From: a virus
Lineage: Duplodnaviria; Caudoviricetes
Direction: 5' to 3' (one strand)
DNA length: 61,103 nt
IMG/VR virus record: IMGVR_UViG_3300030090_003848
Span: 1-61,103 of that record
This document shows positions 43,908 through 53,434 of the stretch, piece after piece; position 1 is the stretch's first letter; the number at the start of each line of letters is the position of its first letter. The translations under genes and the position numbers were made by a program. The notes beneath the pieces are model-generated. The model was not told where the DNA came from. It worked only from the letters and a program-made list of their open reading frames with translations, and did no database searches.

Positions 43908-45203
43908 TTATGACGGGGGGTGAACGAATACTACCTCCAGTAGGTAACCCCCACGGAAAGGTTTTTGGGTTACCGCCGCTTCAAACTCGGATTCAGGCCA
44001 ATCTGTAGGGTCAGACGCTTGGCACCAAGGTTTAGGAAAAGCGTATTCCCCCAGCTTGTATGTTGGGTGTTTTGTCCCAATAAAATCAGTCAAAGTAATC
44101 GCAGGAGTCAAAACATTCGTAACCGAAACCTTGAATTGAATTCCGGCGTATCGGGCACTTGTTGTTTTGAACACAGTCGGGGTGGGTAAGCTACCCGACG
44201 AAAATACTGATTTTGACCACACCTGTTTGACTGTCATCTTGGTTGGCCAATTACCGCCTTGTTTACCCTCTTTCATTCGGACAGTCACCGTGGTCTGGCT
44301 GGCTCCGTCTTTCCTATCAGCAGTAGTAAATACTAAACCATCCACAACAGAGGGCCATGTGAAGTTTTGCCAAGTGTCATACTGTCTAATCAGCTTACCC
44401 CCATACAAAGAACCTAGCCCTTGGGGGATAACGTCTTGGATAGTTATTTTCCACCAATCATAAGACACTTGTTCGCAGGCCCAACTCCGTCCGTCATCAT
44501 CAAGACCCCATTTATCATCGTCGTCTTGTTCAGCGATTGTTTCAATAAAAGCTGCTGTGGCGTTAGGTGGATTAAATTCCTCACCCCGATACACAACTTT
44601 TTCTACTCGGGCCAAAACTCCGCCAGTAGCGGAGTCCATGTTATGTGTAACAATGTCTACTCGGTTAAAGTAGACGCGCTGCTCGACAACAAACAAGCCA
44701 TCCAGTTCTTTATCTCCAACGCGCTTTTGTTTGCGCGTCATAAGAATATATTTATCTACCTCAAAAAACTTTGTGTCGTCCGTTCGCAACGCCGTATTGG
44801 GCATCGCGTCTCCCGCTTTAAGGGATGCGTCGTCGTCATCAAAATCTTCGCGTTTAATAACGTATGTGCGAACGACGGTGTCGTATTTATTTCCGCCCAG
44901 ATCAGCTTGACTGAACTCAAAGTTGTAGTCGTCTTGTGACGCTCGGTCTGCCGCGTAATAGTATTGATAAAATAGCCCCTCGGGGTCTGCTTGTTTTACA
45001 AAACAAAGCGTGTGCGTGGGGAAATTTTCTGTATCAGGATGCGCGGTTCCGTAAGCAGGAAGGTTAGCCTCTATTTCTTTCGGGGTATTCCCGATCTTCT
45101 GAGCATCAACCGTCTCAAAGAATAGCAGATCGGCTACCTTCGGAGAAACGAAGGAAAGGACGGACTGCCTTTTGGGGCTGGGCTGATTCCTAGATACGGG
45201 CAT
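43908..45203 (-). CDS. Probable tail protein
   Basis: 431 aa, beta-rich, in the structural operon. Confidence 0.55.
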   Translation of the reverse strand: MPVSRNQPSPKRQSVLSFVSPKVADLLFFETVDAQKIGNTPKEIEANLPAYGTAHPDTENFPTHTLCFVKQADPEGLFYQYYYAADRASQDDYNFEFSQADLGGNKYDTVVRTYVIKREDFDDDDASLKAGDAMPNTALRTDDTKFFEVDKYILMTRKQKRVGDKELDGLFVVEQRVYFNRVDIVTHNMDSATGGVLARVEKVVYRGEEFNPPNATAAFIETIAEQDDDDKWGLDDDGRSWACEQVSYDWWKITIQDVIPQGLGSLYGGKLIRQYDTWQNFTWPSVVDGLVFTTADRKDGASQTTVTVRMKEGKQGGNWPTKMTVKQVWSKSVFSSGSLPTPTVFKTTSARYAGIQFKVSVTNVLTPAITLTDFIGTKHPTYKLGEYAFPKPWCQASDPTDWPESEFEAAVTQKPFRGGYLLEVVFVHPPS

Positions 45204-45371
45204 TTAGTCTGGAACCTCCACTTCGGGTTCCGGCTGTGGTTCATCAACAGCAAACTTAGCAGCCAGTTGCGCTGCTGCGCCTGCCACGTTAAGCCCGCCA
45301 GCTTTTACTGCGATATCGATGAGCTGCACCAAAGCGCGGCGTTCGTTGTCGGATAGTTCGATTTTGACCAT
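45204..45371 (-). CDS. Small protein, 55 aa (MVKIELSDNERRALVQLIDIAVKAGG...), possible fibre chaperone; absent from ORF track
   Basis: Translated by hand; follows the fibre gene and has its own promoter. Confidence 0.7.
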   Translation of the reverse strand: MVKIELSDNERRALVQLIDIAVKAGGLNVAGAAAQLAAKFAVDEPQPEPEVEVPD

Positions 45372-45380
45372 ATGCGGGGC

Positions 45381-45409
45381 AACGTAAGGGGTGGAGGATC
45401 AGGGTTCAA
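45381..45409 (-). promoter_or_regulatory. Sigma70-like promoter TTGAAC-N17-TACGTT
   Basis: 9 nt before ATG 45371. Confidence 0.45.
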
Positions 45410-45417
45410 CTATTTTC

Positions 45418-47946
45418 TTAGGTGGAATACTTGTTAAGAATAAACCAGTTTGACCCGTCAGCTATTAAAGTGATTGATCCTCTGGCAGTCTGAGTGCCTA
45501 TAATCATGCTAGAACCGTCGATGTTCTCGCTCCCTTCTGTTTGGATGTAAATATACTCAGAGTTGTCCCTGTTCTTCACATGAATCTTCCGGCCCGCTAC
45601 GCAATCGGCTGACGCAAGCGTCAGGTAACGGTAGGTGCTCATGCTGTGAAAGAGGATCACCGAGTCGCTCCGCGTGGTGGTATAGTTACTGTCGTTTACT
45701 AACGTGGTGCTATAATTGAGGGCCTTGGAAAAGGCAACCTGTTCGGTGCTTCCGTCGAGGGTTATGTAGGGCGTAACCCCACCGCTACCGTCATCCGTCT
45801 GGAAGATGATGTCTTTGTCGTCAGTGAAATTGGTAACGTATATGTGGCCCGTGCTGTTCTCTATCTTAGAATCAAGAGCGTCGTGGTAGATCTGGAAGTC
45901 ATCGCTACTCCCAAGTGCCAACCGTTTATTGTCAGGGAATTGAGTGTATCCGGTGCTCCCGTCTAAGAAAAAGTAAGTCTCAAGGCCACCGCTTCCATTG
46001 TCGGAACGGAAAAGGATGTCTTTGTCGTCAGCGTAGTTTTCGATATGCAAATCCCCCACAGAGTTTTGCACGTAACTGTTTGTCGCGTTATGCCAAATTA
46101 TCAGATCCTTACCATCTCCGATAGCGAGGATTGAGTTGTCTGGGAATACTGTGTAAGGGTTGGCCCCTCCGTTAGCGGACCCGTCCAAGAAGAAGTAAGT
46201 CTCAACCCCACCGCTGCCGTCGTCACACCGGAAAATTATGTCCCCGTCATCGGAGTTGTTGGTGAACTGAAGGTTCCCCGTGTAATTAGAAAACGTCGTG
46301 TTGGTCCCGTTGTGGGCCATGATAAAGTCGCCCGTGCCATTGCTACCCAGTCCGATGTAGCTGCTGTCTGGGAAGATTGTGAACAGGTTTCCAGAACCGG
46401 CTGCTGACCCGTCTAAACGGAAGTATTCAGCCGTGCCACCGCTGCCGTCGTCCGTTTTAAAGATTATGTCTTTGTCATTAGCGTAGTTAACTATTTCTAT
46501 GTCTCCAGTATAGTTCCCTAAGTTCGTGTTAGAACCATTATGGTTGAGGATAAAATCCCTGCCGCTACCAAAAGCTAACAGAGAGTTATCGGGGAAGACC
46601 GTGAAAGGGTTCCCGCTAGAAGCGGACCCGTCCAAGAAGAAGTAAGTCTCAACCCCACCGCTGCCATCGTCTGACTGGAAGATGATATCTTTGTCGTTAG
46701 CGGAGTTTCTAATGTAGAGGTCGCCTGTTTCGTTAGCGATGTAAGAGTTACTAGCGTCATGTGACAGAGTTAAGTCCGCGCTATCCCCGCATCTAAAAAA
46801 GAGGTTGTCCCCAAGGGAAAGTCCGTCGCTTGAAAGCGTGGCTACATTTGAGTTGCTGACCGCAAGTTCAATATTGCCCTCACGGTTATTTAGACGAGCA
46901 GTCGTTGAGCTGAGTTCAATATCGAAGCCGTCAGTAATGGTGGCTCCGCTCGTAGAGTTTGAGATCTTGAAAGTGGTGAGAGCGTCACCAGAGTCAAGAT
47001 GTAGCTCGCGTGTGGGGGCCGAAGTCCCGAGGCCGACGTTGCCAGCAGTAGTAACTGTGACATAACCAGAATTGTTCGCCATCAACTGGAGGTTGTGGTT
47101 ACTCGATGTCCCGAAACGCCCTAGGCTTGCCTGCGCTTGAGTTAGTATGGCCGCACCACTTGCCCTCTCGACTTCTATTTCTCCGTTGCCTGATGAGTAG
47201 ACATGGAGAAGGTGAGCAGGACTTGCCGTCCCGATGCCGACGTTGCCGTCAGAAGACTCAACATGCAGGGCGGAGGCACTAGTCGCTGACTTGACTGTAA
47301 AATCAAAACTGCTGGATGATGTTGCGTTTACAACAGCCCCGTTAGAACCAAGAGTTATTGTCTCACCGCCACTGCCAGCGCCATTGCGAAGAGTGAGTGC
47401 GCTTGCCGAGAACTCGATCCCTTGGTTATTTTGGCTAGCGGTTCCTGAAATGTTACCGTCTACGGTAATGTTACCCGTCAACAGATTCCCTGCCGTCCCA
47501 CTAAAGACCTCGTTGGAATTTGTCGCGCTCGTCAGGAATGTAAACGCATCCGCGCTATCGTCGTAACCCATGAAGCCAGTCTTCTGGGCACCGTCGTGGT
47601 AAAAGAATTCTATGCCGCGATCTTTTGAGTCATCAAGCGCGTCAGTCCGCTGCTGACCACCAAGAGTGAAGATCGGGTCATCAATCGTGATGACGGTTGA
47701 GTTAAAAGTGGTGGCGGTCCCATTAACTTCAATCTCACCATTGACGAACAACTTATCGGCGCTCTGGTCCCACTGCATGTATTTGCCAGCGGTGTCACCG
47801 AAGAACTTTACGTCGTGGCCAGTGCCGTCAACGCCGACATTAAGGGCACCTAAGATGGTGCCCCCTGCGTTCAGACCTATTGGCCCATCTGAAACTACGG
47901 TTACCTGATCGAGACTTTGAGTAACTGTGACGGACTCATTGGCCAT
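45418..47946 (-). CDS. Tail fibre protein with internal ~55-60 aa repeats
   Basis: GNVGIGT motifs; five DIIF.[ST]DDGSGG.E.YF.LDGS-type repeats; G/S/T/D-rich. Confidence 0.85.
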   Translation of the reverse strand: MANESVTVTQSLDQVTVVSDGPIGLNAGGTILGALNVGVDGTGHDVKFFGDTAGKYMQWDQSADKLFVNGEIEVNGTATTFNSTVITIDDPIFTLGGQQRTDALDDSKDRGIEFFYHDGAQKTGFMGYDDSADAFTFLTSATNSNEVFSGTAGNLLTGNITVDGNISGTASQNNQGIEFSASALTLRNGAGSGGETITLGSNGAVVNATSSSSFDFTVKSATSASALHVESSDGNVGIGTASPAHLLHVYSSGNGEIEVERASGAAILTQAQASLGRFGTSSNHNLQLMANNSGYVTVTTAGNVGLGTSAPTRELHLDSGDALTTFKISNSTSGATITDGFDIELSSTTARLNNREGNIELAVSNSNVATLSSDGLSLGDNLFFRCGDSADLTLSHDASNSYIANETGDLYIRNSANDKDIIFQSDDGSGGVETYFFLDGSASSGNPFTVFPDNSLLAFGSGRDFILNHNGSNTNLGNYTGDIEIVNYANDKDIIFKTDDGSGGTAEYFRLDGSAAGSGNLFTIFPDSSYIGLGSNGTGDFIMAHNGTNTTFSNYTGNLQFTNNSDDGDIIFRCDDGSGGVETYFFLDGSANGGANPYTVFPDNSILAIGDGKDLIIWHNATNSYVQNSVGDLHIENYADDKDILFRSDNGSGGLETYFFLDGSTGYTQFPDNKRLALGSSDDFQIYHDALDSKIENSTGHIYVTNFTDDKDIIFQTDDGSGGVTPYITLDGSTEQVAFSKALNYSTTLVNDSNYTTTRSDSVILFHSMSTYRYLTLASADCVAGRKIHVKNRDNSEYIYIQTEGSENIDGSSMIIGTQTARGSITLIADGSNWFILNKYST
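46174..46665. repeat. 45-bp exact direct repeat (46174-46218 and 46621-46665) in the fibre gene
   Basis: AGCGGACCCGTCCAAGAAGAAGTAAGTCTCAACCCCACCGCTGCC occurs twice. Confidence 0.9.
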
Positions 47947-47948
47947 TG

Positions 47949-48314
47949 TTAAACTACTTCAGGGGTTATGTCGAAAGTTAAGCGTATGTGGTGAATCACT
48001 TCACCACTAGTAAAGGTGCTGTTATCGGCTATTCTTAAATCCCCGATTACAGTGATGGACTCATTAGGGAGGGCAGTAGATTGGGCAGTCGTCCATTTTA
48101 AATTTATGTTGGGGGCACTAGAACCAAGAATAATTCGTAAACCAGAATTACCAGCAACTCCGGTTAAGGTGTCAATTATAGCACCCGTCAAAGAACGGCG
48201 GATAACAAGTTGAGCTGACTTATTAGAACTAAGATCAACAACACTACCTCCAGAGTCTTTAAGTGTTACGTCGATCTGCTGCTGCTGCCCGCGCTGTAAT
48301 TGAATGTTAGCCAT
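47949..48314 (-). CDS. Fibre-attachment / Ig-like adaptor candidate
   Basis: I.LQRG..VTLKD..VDLS pattern preceding the fibre gene. Confidence 0.55.
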   Translation of the reverse strand: MANIQLQRGQQQQIDVTLKDSGGSVVDLSSNKSAQLVIRRSLTGAIIDTLTGVAGNSGLRIILGSSAPNINLKWTTAQSTALPNESITVIGDLRIADNSTFTSGEVIHHIRLTFDITPEVV

Positions 48315-48320
48315 AGTCCA

Positions 48321-48623
48321 CTAATCGGGGTTGGGTGGGGTCCACTCAGGCTTCGCCAGTTCCGCCAAGATTTCTGAATGGGTATAAGTGTTAGTAGATG
48401 CCAATACTTCTGGAGTATCGCCCTCCCACTTCAAGAGCGCCTGTGTGCCATCAACTGAAAGGCGAAGAGTGTCCTTGGATGATTGAATGCAAGAATCGAT
48501 GTAGACGTTGGATGACTCTGTTCTTGTCTCGCCATCCACTTCTGTTTCCTCTGTCACATCTGCGCCATCAATCGTGGTAACGGGGACAATCGCCCATCGG
48601 TAAGTGTCGTAATTGCTTGGCAT
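48321..48623 (-). CDS. Conserved phage protein accompanying LamG genes
   Basis: LRLSVDGT..LKW..YTHSEIL..L..EW. Confidence 0.65.
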   Translation of the reverse strand: MPSNYDTYRWAIVPVTTIDGADVTEETEVDGETRTESSNVYIDSCIQSSKDTLRLSVDGTQALLKWEGDTPEVLASTNTYTHSEILAELAKPEWTPPNPD

Positions 48624-48624
48624 G

Positions 48625-49797
48625 TTAAGGGCTTTCTGTTTCGATGTCTGAAGAGACCATGTTCGTCATCTCGGCAGTGGCCCCCATAATCTTCTTAACG
48701 GAGACGTTAGAAATTTTCATATACTTACCTTGGCTGAGATTTCTGCCTTCAAGGTAATCGTTGTGCGACGACGAGCCTTTTTTGTAGACGACCGTCTTAG
48801 TCCCGTTTCCTGTTCCACTCAAAATTGTGGAGGCTACGTTACCGAACTTCATGTAAACGTACGCATCTGCGTCGTCTGATTCTACATCGAAAGTAAGCAA
48901 GTAGAAACTGTCGGTCGTAGGAGTGGAAGTTAAAATGCTATTTGCAGACGCAGACGTCCGTAAATAGGTGAACCACCCATTGCTATCCCCGCTTGCTGTG
49001 CGCTCACATCGCATGTAGTTATCACCGAACGTAAGCGTGTTGCCTGCGTAGTCATACCATTCGGCTGAAACGTAGGCATCCGCAATGACCAGCTCACTAG
49101 CGAGCGAAGTATTAACTTGGTCAAAAATATACAGCTTGTTGGTGTGTGAGCCAGTGCCGTCTGTTGCGGGGGATGTTGCGTCCCCCATGCGATACCAGAC
49201 TTTCAAATCTCCTGAACTCGCATAGCCGCCGCCGTCCACGGATAGGTCGATTGGCGTTCCTGAATTGTAAATCGCCGCAACGGTGTTGGCATCAAGAGCG
49301 GTGTCCCAGACAGAAAACTCATCCAAGTTGCCCTGCAAATAAGCGTAGTCAGTATAGCGAGTTCCAATCGTCAACTGAGAAGCTGCCGTGCCTAAAGATA
49401 CGCTACCTTTTGTGTTGTCTAGCGATCCATCAACGTAGAGCTTGCCCTCGCTCGCCGATGAGTTGTAGGTAATGACGATGTTGTGCCACGCATTGATTGA
49501 AATCTCTGAGCTGTCGTCAAAAGCATTTGAGACCAGCTTGTATCCCGACCCTTCATCAGAAGTATGCACATAAATCGCGCTTGTATTTCCAGAGTCTCTT
49601 GCGTCAAAAGCGTAACGTGTTCCCGCCGCCGAGCGATTGATCCAATAGGAAACAGTAAAGCTAGATGGGAGTTGGTAGTTAGCTACCAACTTGTCATTCG
49701 ACCCATCAAAGTCCAGCGACTTGCTGTTGCTTATAGCTGCCACCCCAGACGGCACAAAGCCGCCTGTAGACAGGCCCTGTGATAGTCCTAAGCGCAT
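48625..49797 (-). CDS. LamG/concanavalin A-like domain virion protein
   Basis: SLDFDG, FTVSYW, WHNIVITY, LYVDG, GNLDEFSVWD. Confidence 0.88.
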   Translation of the reverse strand: MRLGLSQGLSTGGFVPSGVAAISNSKSLDFDGSNDKLVANYQLPSSFTVSYWINRSAAGTRYAFDARDSGNTSAIYVHTSDEGSGYKLVSNAFDDSSEISINAWHNIVITYNSSASEGKLYVDGSLDNTKGSVSLGTAASQLTIGTRYTDYAYLQGNLDEFSVWDTALDANTVAAIYNSGTPIDLSVDGGGYASSGDLKVWYRMGDATSPATDGTGSHTNKLYIFDQVNTSLASELVIADAYVSAEWYDYAGNTLTFGDNYMRCERTASGDSNGWFTYLRTSASANSILTSTPTTDSFYLLTFDVESDDADAYVYMKFGNVASTILSGTGNGTKTVVYKKGSSSHNDYLEGRNLSQGKYMKISNVSVKKIMGATAEMTNMVSSDIETESP

Positions 49798-50093
49798 TAG
49801 GCTTGGTTGTATGCAATAACGCGGCCAGCGCCCAAAGTGAACCCGCTGATCTGTCCGTAGATAGTTACACCTTTGGGGATAGTCGCATTGGTGTCGGCCA
49901 AAGTAGCGGAATAGCCAATAGCTGTTCCGTCTTTATTTTTATTCATTTCTGGCCAAGTGATGGCGCTAAGATAGGTTGCATCGTCGAGTGAAGTAATGGC
50001 GCAAAAGTCGCCTGTGACCGAGGCCCCTGCATCTTTTATGTATGCGGCTCCAGCCTGACCGAAGGATTGTTTGTCGATGTTTGAAGTTGCCAT
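49797..50093 (-). CDS. Small virion structural protein
   Basis: TIPKGVTIYG..G.VIAY pattern; synteny. Confidence 0.65.
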   Translation of the reverse strand: MATSNIDKQSFGQAGAAYIKDAGASVTGDFCAITSLDDATYLSAITWPEMNKNKDGTAIGYSATLADTNATIPKGVTIYGQISGFTLGAGRVIAYNQA

Positions 50094-50110
50094 GATTGTT
50101 GGTTGTTAAA

Positions 50111-50755
50111 TTATGCTTCAGTGAGGGTGTAGCGGTAACGAGCGATGTAGACTAGATTAACAGTGGTGTCGGTATCGTAACCACTGGTGCTCCCCTCCCC
50201 TGTCTTTAGGTCTTTCTTAGTTGTCCCATCTAACTCAAAAACGGTGCCTGTAGTTGCTGAATCGATTTCAACAATCAAATCATCAGCGAAGTCGCCGCTT
50301 GATGAGGCTGTCATTATAGCAGTTCCCACATGAACTGTGGGTGATGACCCGAATACAATCGCGCCAGCGGTTGTAACAGAAACTACGTCTGCGTTAGATA
50401 CGTTGGGATGGCTATCAGGAGTTTTGACATTAACAGCATGGTCAGGGCCAACCGAAATAAGATTAGCCACCTTAGCTGGGATACTAATATCCCAGTTAGA
50501 CCCTCCGTCCACGCTAACCATCAAGGCTCCAATATTGTTGTTATTCTTTATGAGCAACAAACCTTCGTTGCCGCCTGTTATTGAGCCTGTTGGGAGAGCG
50601 ACTCCGCTGGTCCCTGTCACAGCCCTGCCGCTGCCTGCGGCGTATTCATTGAAGGGGTTGGCGTCGGTCAAGGCAACCGTAGTAGTGGAAAAAGACTCGT
50701 CATGGGAGTGAGATCCATAACTCAAGCTAACCGATCCGACAATGTTAGTGGCCAT
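50111..50755 (-). CDS. Probable virion structural protein
   Basis: 214 aa, T/S/G/V-rich beta composition. Confidence 0.6.
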   Translation of the reverse strand: MATNIVGSVSLSYGSHSHDESFSTTTVALTDANPFNEYAAGSGRAVTGTSGVALPTGSITGGNEGLLLIKNNNNIGALMVSVDGGSNWDISIPAKVANLISVGPDHAVNVKTPDSHPNVSNADVVSVTTAGAIVFGSSPTVHVGTAIMTASSSGDFADDLIVEIDSATTGTVFELDGTTKKDLKTGEGSTSGYDTDTTVNLVYIARYRYTLTEA

Positions 50756-50765
50756 ACGTTAAAGA

Positions 50766-50793
50766 AGTTTACAGATTTACAGTTAAGGTGCAA
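50766..50793 (-). promoter_or_regulatory. Sigma70-like promoter TTGCAC-N16-TAAACT
   Basis: 10 nt before ATG 50755; spacer begins CTTAAC. Confidence 0.55.
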
Positions 50794-50795
50794 GG

Positions 50796-51164
50796 CTACC
50801 GCTGGGATAGCCGCTTCTCAATTACAACCATGAATCCGCCGCCGTCATCATGTTCTTCGGCGTGATCGCTGTCGTGCCCTTTTTCGTGACCGCTGAAAAC
50901 GTAGTCGCGAGCTGAATCGAGATAGTCCGTGGCTAGGGTTATCTTTTTTTTAACCCATTCTTCTTCGATGTGTGGGCACTCACACTTCGACATATGCTCC
51001 AGCAGGGCCTCGGCATTCTGCTTCAGGTTGGTGAGCTGGTGCTGAACCATCTTGTGGCCGTCGTCCATCTTGTGGCCCTCATGCTTGTCAGGCGACACCC
51101 CCTTGGCTTCAGGGGAGTCTACAGGCATCATGTCCCCTTTCTTGTTGTCGTCGTGAGTATACAT
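50796..51164 (-). CDS. His/Asp-rich protein with conserved WV.KKIT.A.DY helix
   Basis: 122 aa; motif recurs in aquatic phage hypothetical proteins. Confidence 0.65.
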   Translation of the reverse strand: MYTHDDNKKGDMMPVDSPEAKGVSPDKHEGHKMDDGHKMVQHQLTNLKQNAEALLEHMSKCECPHIEEEWVKKKITLATDYLDSARDYVFSGHEKGHDSDHAEEHDDGGGFMVVIEKRLSQR

Positions 51165-51169
51165 AAACT

Positions 51170-53101
51170 TTAATCAAACATTGCTCGGTATTCTCTTGGT
51201 GACGTTCCAGCAAAGCGGGGGTCCGCCGCGTATTGACGAATCATGTCTAGGGCGGAAACTGGCTCTGCGCTGTACCTGTCGTAGGGAACTCCAAAAACAA
51301 GCGAGTAGAATTTCTCTAACTCTGGTTCGGACATTTCTTCCGATAAGACGGGGATTTCTCCACGGCGGATACCTTCGCGCTCAAGAAGATTTTGCTCAGT
51401 GGCATCTAAAAAAGATTCATCCAAATCCTCAAACTCATCGGGCCTTTCTAGGCCCCCCGCTAGTTCCGTCAGGGGTCTATTCAAAACCTTATTCAAGGCA
51501 TCAGTTTTTTCTAAGGCCGTGTCTAGTTTTTCCCGCTGCTCGGCAGACTCTATTTCGCCCCCTAGTTCTTGGTCGATGGCCGAGGTATCATACGAGAGTG
51601 GGGGGGCTTTATCAGGGTCAACGCGCTGTGGGAGAGGTCGTTCCTTCAGGGTATACCCTGCTGGTTGCGTTGTTCTAAAGCGAGGGCCTTGCATGGCCTT
51701 TTGTTCTTCTACGCTAAGAGGCAGCAAAGGCGTATACTCACCTACTCCCGGTTCAGTCAAAGTAGGCCCTGCTTGGACTCTATCGGGGTCGTCTACAAAC
51801 TTTTCGGTAGTAGTCTGAACAAAGTCGGGCTGTGGCTCCCGAGAGGGAGCGGAGGCGGCTTTTTTGCCCATTTCTGGATCTATGCGGATGTCTGGGATTT
51901 CGGGGCCAGCCGCTTGGTTAGCAAGCGCCTCGGCATATTCCTCATCGGTAAGTCCTGCTTGTGCGAGTCGTTTCCGGTCAGCTCGGATTTTATCCGCCGC
52001 CAGTTGGGTTGCTTCGCCTTCTGCGGTCGAGCGTCTGATATTGCCTTGGGCCTCCATTCCTTCGGGGCTAAGTGCGCGGGTCAATTCATCTTTGGCCATA
52101 GCCGCATCTAATTCCTCAACTTGTTGGTCGAGTTTAGCAGCGGTTTCAGCATCGGGAGTTTTGAAATTATAGTCTTTAAGACCCTGTTTCATGCGGGAAC
52201 GAAAAGCTCCGAACTTGCCGGAGTGGTCTCCTTCTACCCCCTCACCGGCATCATAGTAAGCTCCTCGGACAAGGGGACGTTGTGAGCGAATGAATTGGCT
52301 ATATTCATCTCCGCCTGTGAGAAAGTAAACATCTCCAGTTTCTGCATCGACAAACTTTCCCCTGCCGGGGTTGCGGGAATCGATGTAGCCTTTGGGTAGC
52401 TCTCCAAGCTCTAGGCTATACTTAGGTTTCCCTCCGTAACCTGCGCCCGCGTCAAAAGCGGTAGGCACAATAAGTTCTTGGCGGTTAAGCCCCATTTTGG
52501 CCATCGCCATATCTGCCTCCATACGCTGTTGGGTAGGTAGGGCATCAAACTGAGCCTGAGTCATGGGCAACCGAATGCCCGTATCTGACCCCTGAAGGTA
52601 GGGTAGAATTTCAGTTTGTTTTTTTGCAGGCTTTGGAGGAGGTGTGCCCTCATACTGAGGAGCTTCAAAAGGAGCAGTCCCGCCACCGAAGTCTTCACCC
52701 GTTTCCATTGGGGCGTCCGCAGGGTCGGCAGCGGCCAAACCAAGGGCTTCTAAACTAGGGGCGGCAATATCACCAACCTCTTGGCGCAGCGTTTTTTGAG
52801 GGATGGGGGGATCAGCGGGCCTGTCTTTAGAAGGATCTCTAGGCGGTGGGGCTGGTACAGTGTATCGGGAGACTTCGGGGGTGCCGTCGGGGTTCAGCGT
52901 AACTTCAGGAATAGAAACCGTTGAAGGGTATTTAGGAACTTGAGGGAATAACTTAGACGAATCGGTATAAACATCTGACTTTGGAGGAACGGGCGGGAGA
53001 GGGGGGCTTTGTTGCGTGATATCCGGTAGACCGAAGATCAAGTTCCTTGTAAAATTTAAGACTCCTGTTTTCTTCTTATCCTTCTTTGGTTTAGCGGCCA
53101 T
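51170..53101 (-). CDS. Pro/Glu-rich, largely disordered protein, possibly virion-internal
   Basis: 643 aa ORF in the head operon. Confidence 0.65.
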   Translation of the reverse strand: MAAKPKKDKKKTGVLNFTRNLIFGLPDITQQSPPLPPVPPKSDVYTDSSKLFPQVPKYPSTVSIPEVTLNPDGTPEVSRYTVPAPPPRDPSKDRPADPPIPQKTLRQEVGDIAAPSLEALGLAAADPADAPMETGEDFGGGTAPFEAPQYEGTPPPKPAKKQTEILPYLQGSDTGIRLPMTQAQFDALPTQQRMEADMAMAKMGLNRQELIVPTAFDAGAGYGGKPKYSLELGELPKGYIDSRNPGRGKFVDAETGDVYFLTGGDEYSQFIRSQRPLVRGAYYDAGEGVEGDHSGKFGAFRSRMKQGLKDYNFKTPDAETAAKLDQQVEELDAAMAKDELTRALSPEGMEAQGNIRRSTAEGEATQLAADKIRADRKRLAQAGLTDEEYAEALANQAAGPEIPDIRIDPEMGKKAASAPSREPQPDFVQTTTEKFVDDPDRVQAGPTLTEPGVGEYTPLLPLSVEEQKAMQGPRFRTTQPAGYTLKERPLPQRVDPDKAPPLSYDTSAIDQELGGEIESAEQREKLDTALEKTDALNKVLNRPLTELAGGLERPDEFEDLDESFLDATEQNLLEREGIRRGEIPVLSEEMSEPELEKFYSLVFGVPYDRYSAEPVSALDMIRQYAADPRFAGTSPREYRAMFD

Positions 53102-53113
53102 GATCGTAAAGTA

Positions 53114-53153
53114 AAATCCCGAACCCCGAAGGGATACTCAGGGTTCGGGATTT
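53114..53153 (-). terminator. Intrinsic terminator-like hairpin after the capsid genes
   Basis: 13-bp IR AAATCCCGAACCC/GGGTTCGGGATTT with a T-rich tail on the minus strand. Confidence 0.7.
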
Positions 53154-53175
53154 ATGGTTAGGGTTGCGGGTGAAA

Positions 53176-53370
53176 TTAGATAGTCACATTCAACGCGGCA
53201 GCAAGAGCTTCCAAAGTAACGACTTTGGCTTTCTGTTCAGAAACGTCGTAAACTTGAACGAGGTCTTGCTCATGCAAAACAGTGGCTACATCGGCGCTGT
53301 CGGCAGCATCTCCAGCAAGATTGGTGCCTGTCAGGGTTTCGACTGTGGGGGCGTCATCAAGAGTGGGCAT
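53176..53370 (-). CDS. Small acidic protein after MCP (decoration candidate)
   Basis: 64 aa; position. Confidence 0.6.
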   Translation of the reverse strand: MPTLDDAPTVETLTGTNLAGDAADSADVATVLHEQDLVQVYDVSEQKAKVVTLEALAAALNVTI

Positions 53371-53388
53371 GATCGTATTTGTGGTTAG

Positions 53389-53423
53389 GTGCGGGGCGGC
53401 AGTATTAAGCTACCGCCCCGCAC
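53389..53423 (-). other. GC-rich hairpin directly after the MCP stop, no U-tract
   Basis: GTGCGGGGCGG/CCGCCCCGCAC 11-bp IR. Confidence 0.7.
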
Positions 53424-53434
53424 AAGTTATGAAC

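Noticed and set aside
46174-46665. Diversity-generating retroelement template/variable repeat
   Set aside because: No reverse transcriptase; the copies are identical in-frame protein repeats with no adenine-specific differences.
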